IMG/VR virus record: IMGVR_UViG_3300045988_107203 | Span: 15,075-79,074 of that record | DNA length: 64,000 bases | From: a virus | Strand: one strand, 5' to 3' | Part shown: piece after piece, positions 55,222-64,000 of the stretch | Layout of the letters: each line of letters starts with the position of its first letter | Numbering within the stretch: the stretch's first letter is position 1 | The notes under the pieces: model-generated | Databases searched by the model: none | What the model was told of the DNA's origin: nothing | What the model saw: the letters and a program-made list of their open reading frames with translations, nothing else | Translations under genes and position numbers: made by a program

Positions 55222-57480
55222 TTACCTGCATTCCAATTTATTAAGATCATCCAATTCAGACTTGCTTACGGTTATATCTTGCGTCAAGCCAGATCTGTTT
55301 TGGTATGGAGCGTAATCAGTTTCTACCGTCTTAGCCTTCTGAGTAGAATCGTATTTCACCTCCGATTCGGTTCCTGTCAGATTTTGGTAGATAGAGCCGG
55401 AACTACTCTCGCTTACTTTAGACCATATCTTATTACCTACTCTTATAAAATTATCATAAATACCTTCGGCTGTTATAACACCATCTTGCTCTACGATATT
55501 AGGGCCCGATTTTTCTTTTAACAGATACGGGTGCCTGGTGTAAAAATAGTGTTCAAAATCATTCCCGGCATACGAAGAGTCATACTTCTCCAAATAAAAC
55601 AATTCTGATAAAGAAGGGTCGGTACTGGTCATGCTATAATCAAACAACATCAACCTGTCTTTTCCAGATAAAGATAATTCTATTGATTTCAAAATATCAG
55701 GATCATCAGAAATAAGGCCCAAAGATGGACCAGGTTTGAAGTCAAGATACTTATAGGCATTATCATATAATTTTGTTTTATGGAGTTTGTTGTCAAGGTA
55801 AGATTGGTATAAATCGAATAAGGATAATGGGTTTTCGCTATCTTGTTTTTTGTTCATGTATCGACTATACTCCCGATCCACATCCACGTAAGGAACGTCA
55901 AGTACCTCCGGGTGCCCAAACGCCATCCTGGTCATTATCATGTCCTCTGTGTTCTGAGAATCCATGAACGATCTGACGTATTTTTTAATGGAATCCATGA
56001 GCGTATTATTATCTACGTTCCGTACTTTCTCTTTATCCAAAACGCCGTTCTTAAAACAAGATTCAGGATATATTTTAGTAGAAAAATGAGTTAGGTTGTG
56101 CTTGGCTAACACTGTTGATATTTGATACATCTCGTTAAGATCATCTTTGCTGATCCTTTGATATAGATTATCTCCTACCTTAAGCAATGAATGTTTCTCA
56201 AATGCCTCTACTGGGTCTATATCGGATTCAGAATAAACGATATTCAAATTATTCATATACTCCGGTAATAATCCAAAATAATAATCTGTGCTATCACCAA
56301 GAACATCATCTATAGAAGATGCCAGCGTTGGAGCATAATTTACATCATTATGCCTGGCCACATAAATATCAAGATCCAGCATCAAATTATCTATCTTATT
56401 CAAAGATTCTTCTGTGCCATCATAAGTTTCCGATGTCCCTATTATATCTATGCCAAACCACGTACAAGCCTCTTCTATATCCCATATCATGCTTCTTAAA
56501 TCGGATTCGGTGTCGGCATTAACCCTATGTAAATAAGCTGATATACGAGCTCTTAGGAACTCTATTTTGCCAGGATTGTAATAAGACAGATCTTGTAGCT
56601 TAGACAAGGATCTTCTCTTGCCTTCTACCACATCATCCCCTTCTATGTTTATTACCGGAATCTTATTCGTAGATGAAAACTCATCAAACATAGATTCGGC
56701 AAATTCTTTATCAGAAACGAATTTCTCAACCAGTTCAGGATATGAGTTTCTCAACGATTCAAAAGCAGATGAAAATTCAGAAAAGTTTTTTATGCCAGCT
56801 ACTGTTTTACGCATAGCATAATAAAGCTCAGAAGGATTATATGGTACTTTTTTACCAAATTGGTTAAACACTCCCTCCTTGTAAACAATAGGACCATACT
56901 GATAGTCAATAGACATAAAATAATTATCTTTTTCCCTATCATGTTCGTTAATAGAAGAATCTATTAACTTTCTCATGGAAGTCGAAACCTCGTTTAAAAC
57001 AGAAGGATCGGATAAAATACGACTTATTTCTGTTTCATCATACAAACCGGATCTCCTTAATTTCTGCTCATTCAGTATCAAACTGCCATCTACATAAAAA
57101 TCGAAGAGAATAGCATTAGACAATGAAGACGCATTGAAAAAATAATGAGTAGACAAAAGGAAATCCCTTACATCCTTAACATCCTGAGCCGTTAAAGGAT
57201 CAGCAAAATAAGTCTGACGCTTCATATACGACAGCACATCTTCTAAAAGAGGTTCGCCATTGGGATCGGTGTTAAATATCTCCCCTGGAGCCGGGTTATT
57301 CCAATGACCGTAATACGACAAAAAACCAGGAGTGTAAGCCTTAGCCCATACCTGAAGAGCCCGCTCGCTGTTTCCTAATACTTTTAAAGCACTTTCGTAA
57401 AGAACGGAAGGCTCCCCGTTAGGAGCCTTAACCCGTTTTATTTCATTTTCCTTTTTTTCTATCTGACATTTGACACCCAT
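55222..57480 (-). CDS. large virion-type protein (752-759 aa), unknown function
   Basis: track ORF begins at TTG 57501; first ATG at 57480. Confidence 0.75.
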   Translation of the reverse strand: MGVKCQIEKKENEIKRVKAPNGEPSVLYESALKVLGNSERALQVWAKAYTPGFLSYYGHWNNPAPGEIFNTDPNGEPLLEDVLSYMKRQTYFADPLTAQDVKDVRDFLLSTHYFFNASSLSNAILFDFYVDGSLILNEQKLRRSGLYDETEISRILSDPSVLNEVSTSMRKLIDSSINEHDREKDNYFMSIDYQYGPIVYKEGVFNQFGKKVPYNPSELYYAMRKTVAGIKNFSEFSSAFESLRNSYPELVEKFVSDKEFAESMFDEFSSTNKIPVINIEGDDVVEGKRRSLSKLQDLSYYNPGKIEFLRARISAYLHRVNADTESDLRSMIWDIEEACTWFGIDIIGTSETYDGTEESLNKIDNLMLDLDIYVARHNDVNYAPTLASSIDDVLGDSTDYYFGLLPEYMNNLNIVYSESDIDPVEAFEKHSLLKVGDNLYQRISKDDLNEMYQISTVLAKHNLTHFSTKIYPESCFKNGVLDKEKVRNVDNNTLMDSIKKYVRSFMDSQNTEDMIMTRMAFGHPEVLDVPYVDVDREYSRYMNKKQDSENPLSLFDLYQSYLDNKLHKTKLYDNAYKYLDFKPGPSLGLISDDPDILKSIELSLSGKDRLMLFDYSMTSTDPSLSELFYLEKYDSSYAGNDFEHYFYTRHPYLLKEKSGPNIVEQDGVITAEGIYDNFIRVGNKIWSKVSESSSGSIYQNLTGTESEVKYDSTQKAKTVETDYAPYQNRSGLTQDITVSKSELDDLNKLECR

Positions 57481-57507
57481 AGTGATTAACTTTTTTTGCA
57501 AAGTTAA

Positions 57508-58047
57508 TTATAAAACCGACTTATACAATGACGGATCCCAAACTCCTTCTATATAAATCTCTGGGAAACTCAAACTGCCATCACGAAGAGTGGTAACTTT
57601 CAAACTGGGAATGTTAAAAACAGTGCTAACATCACTAAACTCACCATTCAACTTAATAGCATTTCCACTATTATCAGCTTCATAATAATAATAACAATAA
57701 TTTTCATTAAGACTCGGATCATATTCGTACCAATATGTTAGATCTTGCATATGGTCTTCTATATTACCAATTTTATTTCCACCTAATATAAAAATACCAT
57801 TATTGCTATGATGATAAACCGTAGATTCATAACTACCATAATTCCAGTCACTATTAAACACTATATCACTGACATCGGAATCATGATCTTTTAATACAGG
57901 CCCTATATGTATATGAATTTTATTAAACTGACATACATAAGGTCTTTTTCCTCCAAGCCTTTTTATATCCTCATTAGATAACTTATTATAACATCCTCCC
58001 ACGAAATTATCCGCAGCATTAAAAAATCTCCTTCTCATACTCAACAC
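57508..58047 (-). CDS. hypothetical protein (179 aa)
   Basis: stop overlaps... start overlaps end of upstream giant gene (58041-58047). Confidence 0.6.
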   Translation of the reverse strand: MLSMRRRFFNAADNFVGGCYNKLSNEDIKRLGGKRPYVCQFNKIHIHIGPVLKDHDSDVSDIVFNSDWNYGSYESTVYHHSNNGIFILGGNKIGNIEDHMQDLTYWYEYDPSLNENYCYYYYEADNSGNAIKLNGEFSDVSTVFNIPSLKVTTLRDGSLSFPEIYIEGVWDPSLYKSVL

Positions 58048-61000
58048 TCCTTATTTAACTCATTTATCGAATCCGAATTATCAGAACCTTCTACGAGATT
58101 CTTATTCCTATCTATCTCTTCCTGGCTCATATTACTTATCATATTTTGTATTTTTCTACCAGATTGAGATAAAGAGCGGATGAATGCACTGGAACTTATC
58201 TTAACTCCAAGATCCGGTTTTGCCCTAAACGCTTCACCGGTACTGATATTATACAAATCATACACACCTGAGTTCATATAGAATTTATATATCCAGTTTC
58301 CACCAGCTTTTTTGTACCCTAATTTGGTTAACTCGACTACACTCATACCAAATTTAATGCCATTACGACCCATTATCTTCTCCGGTATAGGTTCTACCTT
58401 AGCCGGAACAGATGTATATGCTTCATCGCCGCCGTACAGGAAATAAGGGGTTGTCACCCTTGATATGTGAGTAAGCGACTCTTCGGATATACGAGGTTCG
58501 TCTTTTTCTATTTCTCCTTTTGTAGATCCAGGTAATTCGACATTTCTTTCAACTTCGACATTTGTTCTGGATTGTCCTTTGCCTTCTCCATCTCCCTTTT
58601 TATCGCCATCTTCCTCAGTGCGTACTGCACCGCCTTCTGCACTTCCTTCTTTTCCATCATTTAAAATATTATCTGATTCTGACTCTATAGACTCCACGAC
58701 AGCATCATACTCTGGTATGCCGCTAAGGAAATCTGCTACGTTATTCAAAAACTCTATTTTTTCCTCGTTTGTCATATCAAGGCTTTCCACTGGCTCCCAT
58801 ATGGCAGGCAAGTTGTTTGATTTTATTGCAGTAGAAACATCTTCTATAGTTTGGTTATCCACCGTAGGCAAAACTTTAGAAACCAAACTATTGATATCAG
58901 ATTCCATTTTTTCTACTTCCTCTTTTGTGCCATATTCTTTTAGGGTATCCATGCCATTGACTCTAAGAGAATAATTCAAAGCCTTGCTCGGAACAAAATT
59001 AATATATTTCAAAAAGTTTTTCAACTCTGATATAATTTGTTCGTCAGATCTTGGCCCAACATAATCAACCACCACCTGATCTGTTTGAGAACGAAGCCAA
59101 GAAACGTATTCTTCTAAAGTCTTACCACCTTTACTGGAAGGAGTGGATATTTTATCACCTACTGTTCCTTTAGGTTCTAATCCCATTTCCTCCTTAAGGC
59201 TTTTAGGATTACCTCTCTCACGAAGAAACCTCAAATCACCTCCTACAATCTTCCTTGCTATAAAATCAAAAATATTAGCATAAGACGGCAATCCTTCTTT
59301 TTCTATATGAGATTCTATTTCGTTTAACATAAGAGAGAAGTTTTTCCTGGAGGTACGCTTCTTGCCAGGTAAAGACTGCGTAGCTTGTGCCGCAGGAGCT
59401 GGTTGAGCCGGTGGCGCCGGCTGAGTCCCCCGGACAGCTCCTTCCTCTGGCATTTCCTCTTCATAAACATCCACATCTTCTTTAGAAGTAACGGTCTTAC
59501 CCTCATCAGAGAAAGGAAGATCATCCTCTATAAGTGATTTAGGCCTGGAAGATGATTTACCAAACTGGATCCTGATCTTAGGAGCAACAAACATCTCACC
59601 TTCGAAATCTATTCCAGATTCTACTTCAGACGTCACAATGTCTTTCACGCTCCTACTTCCATCTTCTACCCACTTAACAACATCAGGAACCGTAGATAAT
59701 TTCTCTATAGCCTCACGAGCTTTTCTAAGCCCTGAAATAGGATTCAAATACGATACTTGATACGAAGCCGGATCAAGGTCTAACTTGGTTAGATACGCAT
59801 TAAGATCTTGTATATCATCTTGACCCATCTGTAGCAATTCAGAATCACCAGATTCAAGCAGCATATCTATAAAAGACATCCATTTCTGCCCTTCCTCTGA
59901 TTCTACAGAACGTAGGCTAACTGGGAAAAGATAATTAAGACCGTTTTTACCTTTGATGACAACTACCGGAACTCTTACATTTTTGTAATTATTCCCCTTG
60001 TCATTTAATATAGAATAAGCAAATGGGAAGCCTGTGTATTTAGATCCGTTCTTAAGCACGACTTTGCCATTTAATACATATCCGACATCAGATACTTTTT
60101 CAGCACCTTTTTCGGTAATAGGGAGATTTTCTACCTGGCCATATCCTTGACCGTTCACCTTCATGTTAAACACCGGTCTTCCGGGAAGGGTCTGGGCAAC
60201 AACATGCGTGCCGACGCCGATGGTAGCCGACCGGCCGGCGTCCTTCTTCCACTTGTTGAAAGCCGTTCTTCTTATCTTACTTATACCATCTATGCCTCCT
60301 GTATCAGCTTTTACAACAGAAACGAATCTGTTCCCACTCATAACCTTAATAACCATATTGGATACCAGCTTATTTTCAGCAGATTCTATTTTATTTCTAT
60401 CGCCGGACTGAACAGCGTTATTGTATTCGGTAAAAAGAGACTGATTATAGGTATCATTTACATCTATTTCGAGATTCACCTTATCTCCTTTTTTCAAAGA
60501 AGATAATGCTTCCTGATCTATTTTATCTACTTCATTCTCTCCGAATCCGACACCTGTTCTGTACGGAACCAACTCATCTGAATCAAGACGCTTATAAACC
60601 AAAGAATATGAATTACCCACGTCCTGAATAGACACGTCTGTGTAGCGATTAAGAACACGAGCCGATTCTTTATCTATAGACCATCTCGCATGATAAGGTA
60701 ATTCCATTATAGTAGCCGTTTCTCCACCTATGTTAAGAGAATACCTTTTAGTACCATTAGCGTTCGTTTCAGAGCTTATTTGAATAGGAACCAATGATTT
60801 TATAGAAGATATAAATTTATCGGCTCTAAGACCCGCAATTTCATACCTTTCGTTGCCATCGTTGGATATTCTTCTAACCATCAACGTCTCTGGATTCTGG
60901 GCACTATCTATGTTAGCTCCCGGCGTATTATCGGATTCGTCTAACTCATTTACAAGAGAATCTATATTAGCATCATCCTCCCCAAAATTACTTAACGTAG

Positions 61001-64000
61001 ATTCGGAAATACGACCTTTATCAATAATCCTGTTTTGTTCGATATAAGGAAGGAGATCTGTGATGTTTCCAACTTGGCCAAGATCTTCTATGGTAAATAC
61101 CGAATCAGCAAGCTTATCTTCATCAACTTTCTCCCCTTTGTCCCGTCTGTTCATTATATCCACATACGAAGAAATAGCATCATCAAGTTCCTGCCTTTGA
61201 TCTGGTTCCAAATTTGATTTAGCCATATCAATAATGATATTATTATCCTCATACACAGATCGAGGTTCAGTAAGTCTCTTAACTTTATCTGATAAATCTT
61301 TTATCATCTTAGCCGGACTATCACCAAGATTTGATATATAATCATCAATATCCTGTTTATACTTTTCATATATCTCCTTCTCCCTTGGAGATAAAAGATC
61401 TTGATTACCTGTATATATCTTATCTACGATACGTTCTTTAACCTCTATAGGTGCAGACAAAAGATCTTCCATTGCCGACTCATAATCAAAATCAGACAAT
61501 ATATCTTCTTTCGGCTTCTGAGTTATACCATCGTTTAGATGACCAAATACTTTCATGGTAAATGCTTCATCTGAATTTATTTCTCCATTATTCAGAAGCT
61601 CATCTATTTTTTCATCCAAACTGATATTATTATCCTCTGTCTGGTAAAAACGATCACTTTCTATAGATTTAGTATTAGAAGATACCATATCATTTAAGAA
61701 CTTAGAAAATAAAGAAAAATCATGTCTCATGAATTTCTTATCCTGTATGGAGTTCATAAATGACCGTAAAACCTTATATTGGGTAATGGCTTGCTGGTAT
61801 TTCACCACCATATTTCTTAAATCCTCTGCTTCTTTCTTCCCTTTATTATTCTCAATATAAGTACTTAAAGAAGCTACAGAGTCATAAGCTTTCAATATAT
61901 CTTCAGCAGTTATTGTTTCGGATTTAAACAACTCAAAAGCTAATACTCCAGGATCAAAAGAATAAAATACTTCTTTATAACTACTAAGAAGATCTTCTGA
62001 CAACCTTCTATATTCCTTATTAAGATTATCGTATTTAATAGTTTTTTGTTTTATAGCCTCTGCTTCGATATCATTGCCATCCTCTACTCTTCTTGGAGTT
62101 GTAGCCAACCTTTCTATTTCAGCATTCAGATCATTGATCTCATTACGCAATTCCCTTAACTGATTAGCTGTATCAAAAGCTTGACTTGATAATGAATAAA
62201 ACGTATTTATATCATCAAACAAATTATTGTCATTTACATAATCAGCAATATCATTTGATGCTTCCATTGCCATATCCTCTGCATCCAACCCCTTAAACAC
62301 AGCATTAGCAACATTAGATCGATAAAGATCAGATGAAGTCTCAGCAGTAATAGCCTCAGCAAAAGAAGAAGCTTTTTTATAATTGGCTAACTTCTTATCA
62401 AAATCTTTTATAATATCTTCCTTGTATTTTTTAACAGTTTCTTCATCTACTTTCATTTCAGAAGCCAACTCACTTTCGTCAAGGCTTTTAACCATTGACC
62501 TGAAATTGTTAGCCGTATCCTCTAACATTCCCATTCTGTCAGATAATTCAAATTTAGAATAATAATCTGATTCAGGATCATTCATTTGAGCATTAAATTC
62601 GGCTAAATTTCGCATAGAGTCTTTTACAGATTGAGAAGTAAAAGCATTATTACTATTAAATTTCTCAACATCAGTATTAATAGTACGCTCTTTATTTCTC
62701 CTTTCATATAAACCAAAAGCACCATTTCTGGCTCCAAATAAACCACCAATCAGGGCTCCTATGCCAATCTCTTTCAATCCTTCTTTGGTTGTAAATTGTT
62801 CAGCTATGGCCTTAGAAAAAGAATCAACTATAGAAGACGTAGCATCAAGATACGTCTTATCATATCTTGATCTAATAAAATCTTCCCCCATGCGCTGAGC
62901 AACACCTTGCATGCCTTCCTCCCATACACCTTCAGATATGGGTCTTTTAGATACATTCCAAACAGTAGCTAAGGATTTCTGGAATAAATTTGCTTTTATC
63001 GTCTGTAATCTTCCAGCATCACCCGCTACCTTCTTAGTCCCTAATCCAAACAAATAGCGATCTACAAAACTCTTTGATCCCCTATATGTGTTTGATACAC
63101 CCTTTAATCCAGGTATGTATTTAGAAGCAAAACCAGTGTCTACTCCAAGATATTTTCCCAGAAGAAGATAATTGGATAATCCAACTATACCCATATTAGC
63201 TAAAAATATGCTATTTGCCGTATCGGAAATAGAACTCTTAAATTCAGCCATCTCAGACTGATTAGGATTCCGACCATACATATTTTTAAAATATTCCTTG
63301 TATTTACTTTCAGAGTCTTTCATGAAGGACTGAGCCTCCACGGCAGACTCCCAGCCGGCGCCCACGAACGTATTTACTCCTACCTTGGCCATATTACCTA
63401 TAGCCCTGCCGTACATCGCTCCTGCTCTATACGCTCCAAAAGCTGATTTTACAGCACTTGTCGCAATCTTAGACGCCGCCATCTTTCCGGCCACTCTCAT
63501 CCCTACTTTAGCGCCAACAGCTCCAAGACTTGACACGCCCATCCCACCTGTAAGGTAGGCAGACAGAATAGCTCCTGTCGTAAACGATAGACCATTTCCA
63601 ATAACATCATTAAAAATAAAATTTGCAGTTCCAAGACTCTGCAAAAATCCCATATCACGCTCTTCTCTTGTATAATAATGAGGAAGAGAGTGGTTTATTC
63701 TTTCATCTATATCATTTATGGTCCGTGTAAAATCATTGTCAAATGCAGAAGATAACGTACCAGTCTTTATAAGATTATACGCAGCCGGGATAATACCTAC
63801 TACTCCTGATACACCATATAATGCTGTTTTTGTGACAAGTTTCCCTATACCATTAACAGCCTTATTCCAAGTAGTTTGCCTTCTTCCGTAATAATCTTCA
63901 TTATCCCTTCCTGGCATATAACTTTTAAACTTTGCAAGACCGATGTTCCCATCGGATAAAAAGTCATATGCTTCATCTAACTTAATAGTTCTTCCTTTAC
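58041..64000 (-). CDS. giant virion-type protein (>1958 aa; reading frame still open at window edge, 5'-partial possible)
   Basis: frame has no stop between ATG at 63917 and position 64000; Gly/Ala-rich N-terminal region, acidic coiled-coil middle, Pro/Ala/Gln linker. Confidence 0.85.
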   Translation of the reverse strand, partial: KGRTIKLDEAYDFLSDGNIGLAKFKSYMPGRDNEDYYGRRQTTWNKAVNGIGKLVTKTALYGVSGVVGIIPAAYNLIKTGTLSSAFDNDFTRTINDIDERINHSLPHYYTREERDMGFLQSLGTANFIFNDVIGNGLSFTTGAILSAYLTGGMGVSSLGAVGAKVGMRVAGKMAASKIATSAVKSAFGAYRAGAMYGRAIGNMAKVGVNTFVGAGWESAVEAQSFMKDSESKYKEYFKNMYGRNPNQSEMAEFKSSISDTANSIFLANMGIVGLSNYLLLGKYLGVDTGFASKYIPGLKGVSNTYRGSKSFVDRYLFGLGTKKVAGDAGRLQTIKANLFQKSLATVWNVSKRPISEGVWEEGMQGVAQRMGEDFIRSRYDKTYLDATSSIVDSFSKAIAEQFTTKEGLKEIGIGALIGGLFGARNGAFGLYERRNKERTINTDVEKFNSNNAFTSQSVKDSMRNLAEFNAQMNDPESDYYSKFELSDRMGMLEDTANNFRSMVKSLDESELASEMKVDEETVKKYKEDIIKDFDKKLANYKKASSFAEAITAETSSDLYRSNVANAVFKGLDAEDMAMEASNDIADYVNDNNLFDDINTFYSLSSQAFDTANQLRELRNEINDLNAEIERLATTPRRVEDGNDIEAEAIKQKTIKYDNLNKEYRRLSEDLLSSYKEVFYSFDPGVLAFELFKSETITAEDILKAYDSVASLSTYIENNKGKKEAEDLRNMVVKYQQAITQYKVLRSFMNSIQDKKFMRHDFSLFSKFLNDMVSSNTKSIESDRFYQTEDNNISLDEKIDELLNNGEINSDEAFTMKVFGHLNDGITQKPKEDILSDFDYESAMEDLLSAPIEVKERIVDKIYTGNQDLLSPREKEIYEKYKQDIDDYISNLGDSPAKMIKDLSDKVKRLTEPRSVYEDNNIIIDMAKSNLEPDQRQELDDAISSYVDIMNRRDKGEKVDEDKLADSVFTIEDLGQVGNITDLLPYIEQNRIIDKGRISESTLSNFGEDDANIDSLVNELDESDNTPGANIDSAQNPETLMVRRISNDGNERYEIAGLRADKFISSIKSLVPIQISSETNANGTKRYSLNIGGETATIMELPYHARWSIDKESARVLNRYTDVSIQDVGNSYSLVYKRLDSDELVPYRTGVGFGENEVDKIDQEALSSLKKGDKVNLEIDVNDTYNQSLFTEYNNAVQSGDRNKIESAENKLVSNMVIKVMSGNRFVSVVKADTGGIDGISKIRRTAFNKWKKDAGRSATIGVGTHVVAQTLPGRPVFNMKVNGQGYGQVENLPITEKGAEKVSDVGYVLNGKVVLKNGSKYTGFPFAYSILNDKGNNYKNVRVPVVVIKGKNGLNYLFPVSLRSVESEEGQKWMSFIDMLLESGDSELLQMGQDDIQDLNAYLTKLDLDPASYQVSYLNPISGLRKAREAIEKLSTVPDVVKWVEDGSRSVKDIVTSEVESGIDFEGEMFVAPKIRIQFGKSSSRPKSLIEDDLPFSDEGKTVTSKEDVDVYEEEMPEEGAVRGTQPAPPAQPAPAAQATQSLPGKKRTSRKNFSLMLNEIESHIEKEGLPSYANIFDFIARKIVGGDLRFLRERGNPKSLKEEMGLEPKGTVGDKISTPSSKGGKTLEEYVSWLRSQTDQVVVDYVGPRSDEQIISELKNFLKYINFVPSKALNYSLRVNGMDTLKEYGTKEEVEKMESDINSLVSKVLPTVDNQTIEDVSTAIKSNNLPAIWEPVESLDMTNEEKIEFLNNVADFLSGIPEYDAVVESIESESDNILNDGKEGSAEGGAVRTEEDGDKKGDGEGKGQSRTNVEVERNVELPGSTKGEIEKDEPRISEESLTHISRVTTPYFLYGGDEAYTSVPAKVEPIPEKIMGRNGIKFGMSVVELTKLGYKKAGGNWIYKFYMNSGVYDLYNISTGEAFRAKPDLGVKISSSAFIRSLSQSGRKIQNMISNMSQEEIDRNKNLVEGSDNSDSINELNKEC

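Noticed and set aside
1-64000. Diversity-generating retroelement or reverse transcriptase, integrase or excisionase, terminase, portal or capsid genes
   Set aside because: I searched the ORF translations by eye for YxDD reverse-transcriptase motifs, tyrosine or serine recombinase motifs and terminase Walker motifs. None were found in this window, so they are presumably elsewhere in the genome.

Overview
The window is 64 kb of AT-rich dsDNA and reads most consistently as part of a large virulent phage genome, probably infecting Bacteroidota. One supporting clue is a lipoprotein gene with a Cys+1 followed by an acidic 'SHDD' export signal. Shine-Dalgarno sites are used only sporadically.

Layout:
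- Positions 1-2750 are largely non-coding. They hold direct repeats, a ~95-nt polypurine (GA)n tract, CAACAAAATTCAATA-type iterons, and two unusual tRNA-like minihelix elements (acceptor stem plus T-arm only). This is a possible origin or terminus region.
- Positions 2.7-41.1 kb are a tightly tiled plus-strand block of ~90 small early/replication genes. Those I could assign are a DnaB-like helicase, a primase-like Zn-finger protein, an SF2 DEAD/DEAH helicase with a DUF3820 tail, a Cas4-like PD-(D/E)XK nuclease, a PF18909-like dATP/dGTP pyrophosphohydrolase domain, DUF3268, DUF4494, a PcfJ-like protein on a GC-rich islet, and a minimal class-II (CCA/poly-A-type) nucleotidyltransferase head domain.
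- Positions 41.1-64 kb are a minus-strand block with giant virion-type proteins of 2140 aa and >1958 aa (the latter runs off the window edge), a 752-759 aa protein, and a DUF1566-like fibre protein.

Most notable observations:
1. A translationally coupled four-gene operon (unknown protein, acyl carrier protein, NfeD/YuaF-like protein, flotillin/FloT-like SPFH protein) sits inside the replication module.
2. There are three IS200/IS605-type TnpB (OMEGA) loci. One is near-intact but frameshifted just before RuvC-III. The other two are an N-terminal and a C-terminal remnant on the same strand, 12.3 kb apart, bracketing the giant gene and a small-gene islet that includes a DUF2829 (Tad2-like) gene.
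3. Two tRNA-like minihelices lack an encoded CCA, and the nearby nucleotidyltransferase head-domain gene could in principle act on them.
4. A frameshifted gene carries a prfB-like AUU-UGA-U site.

No rRNA, CRISPR array, reverse transcriptase, integrase, terminase, portal or capsid gene was recognisable in this window.
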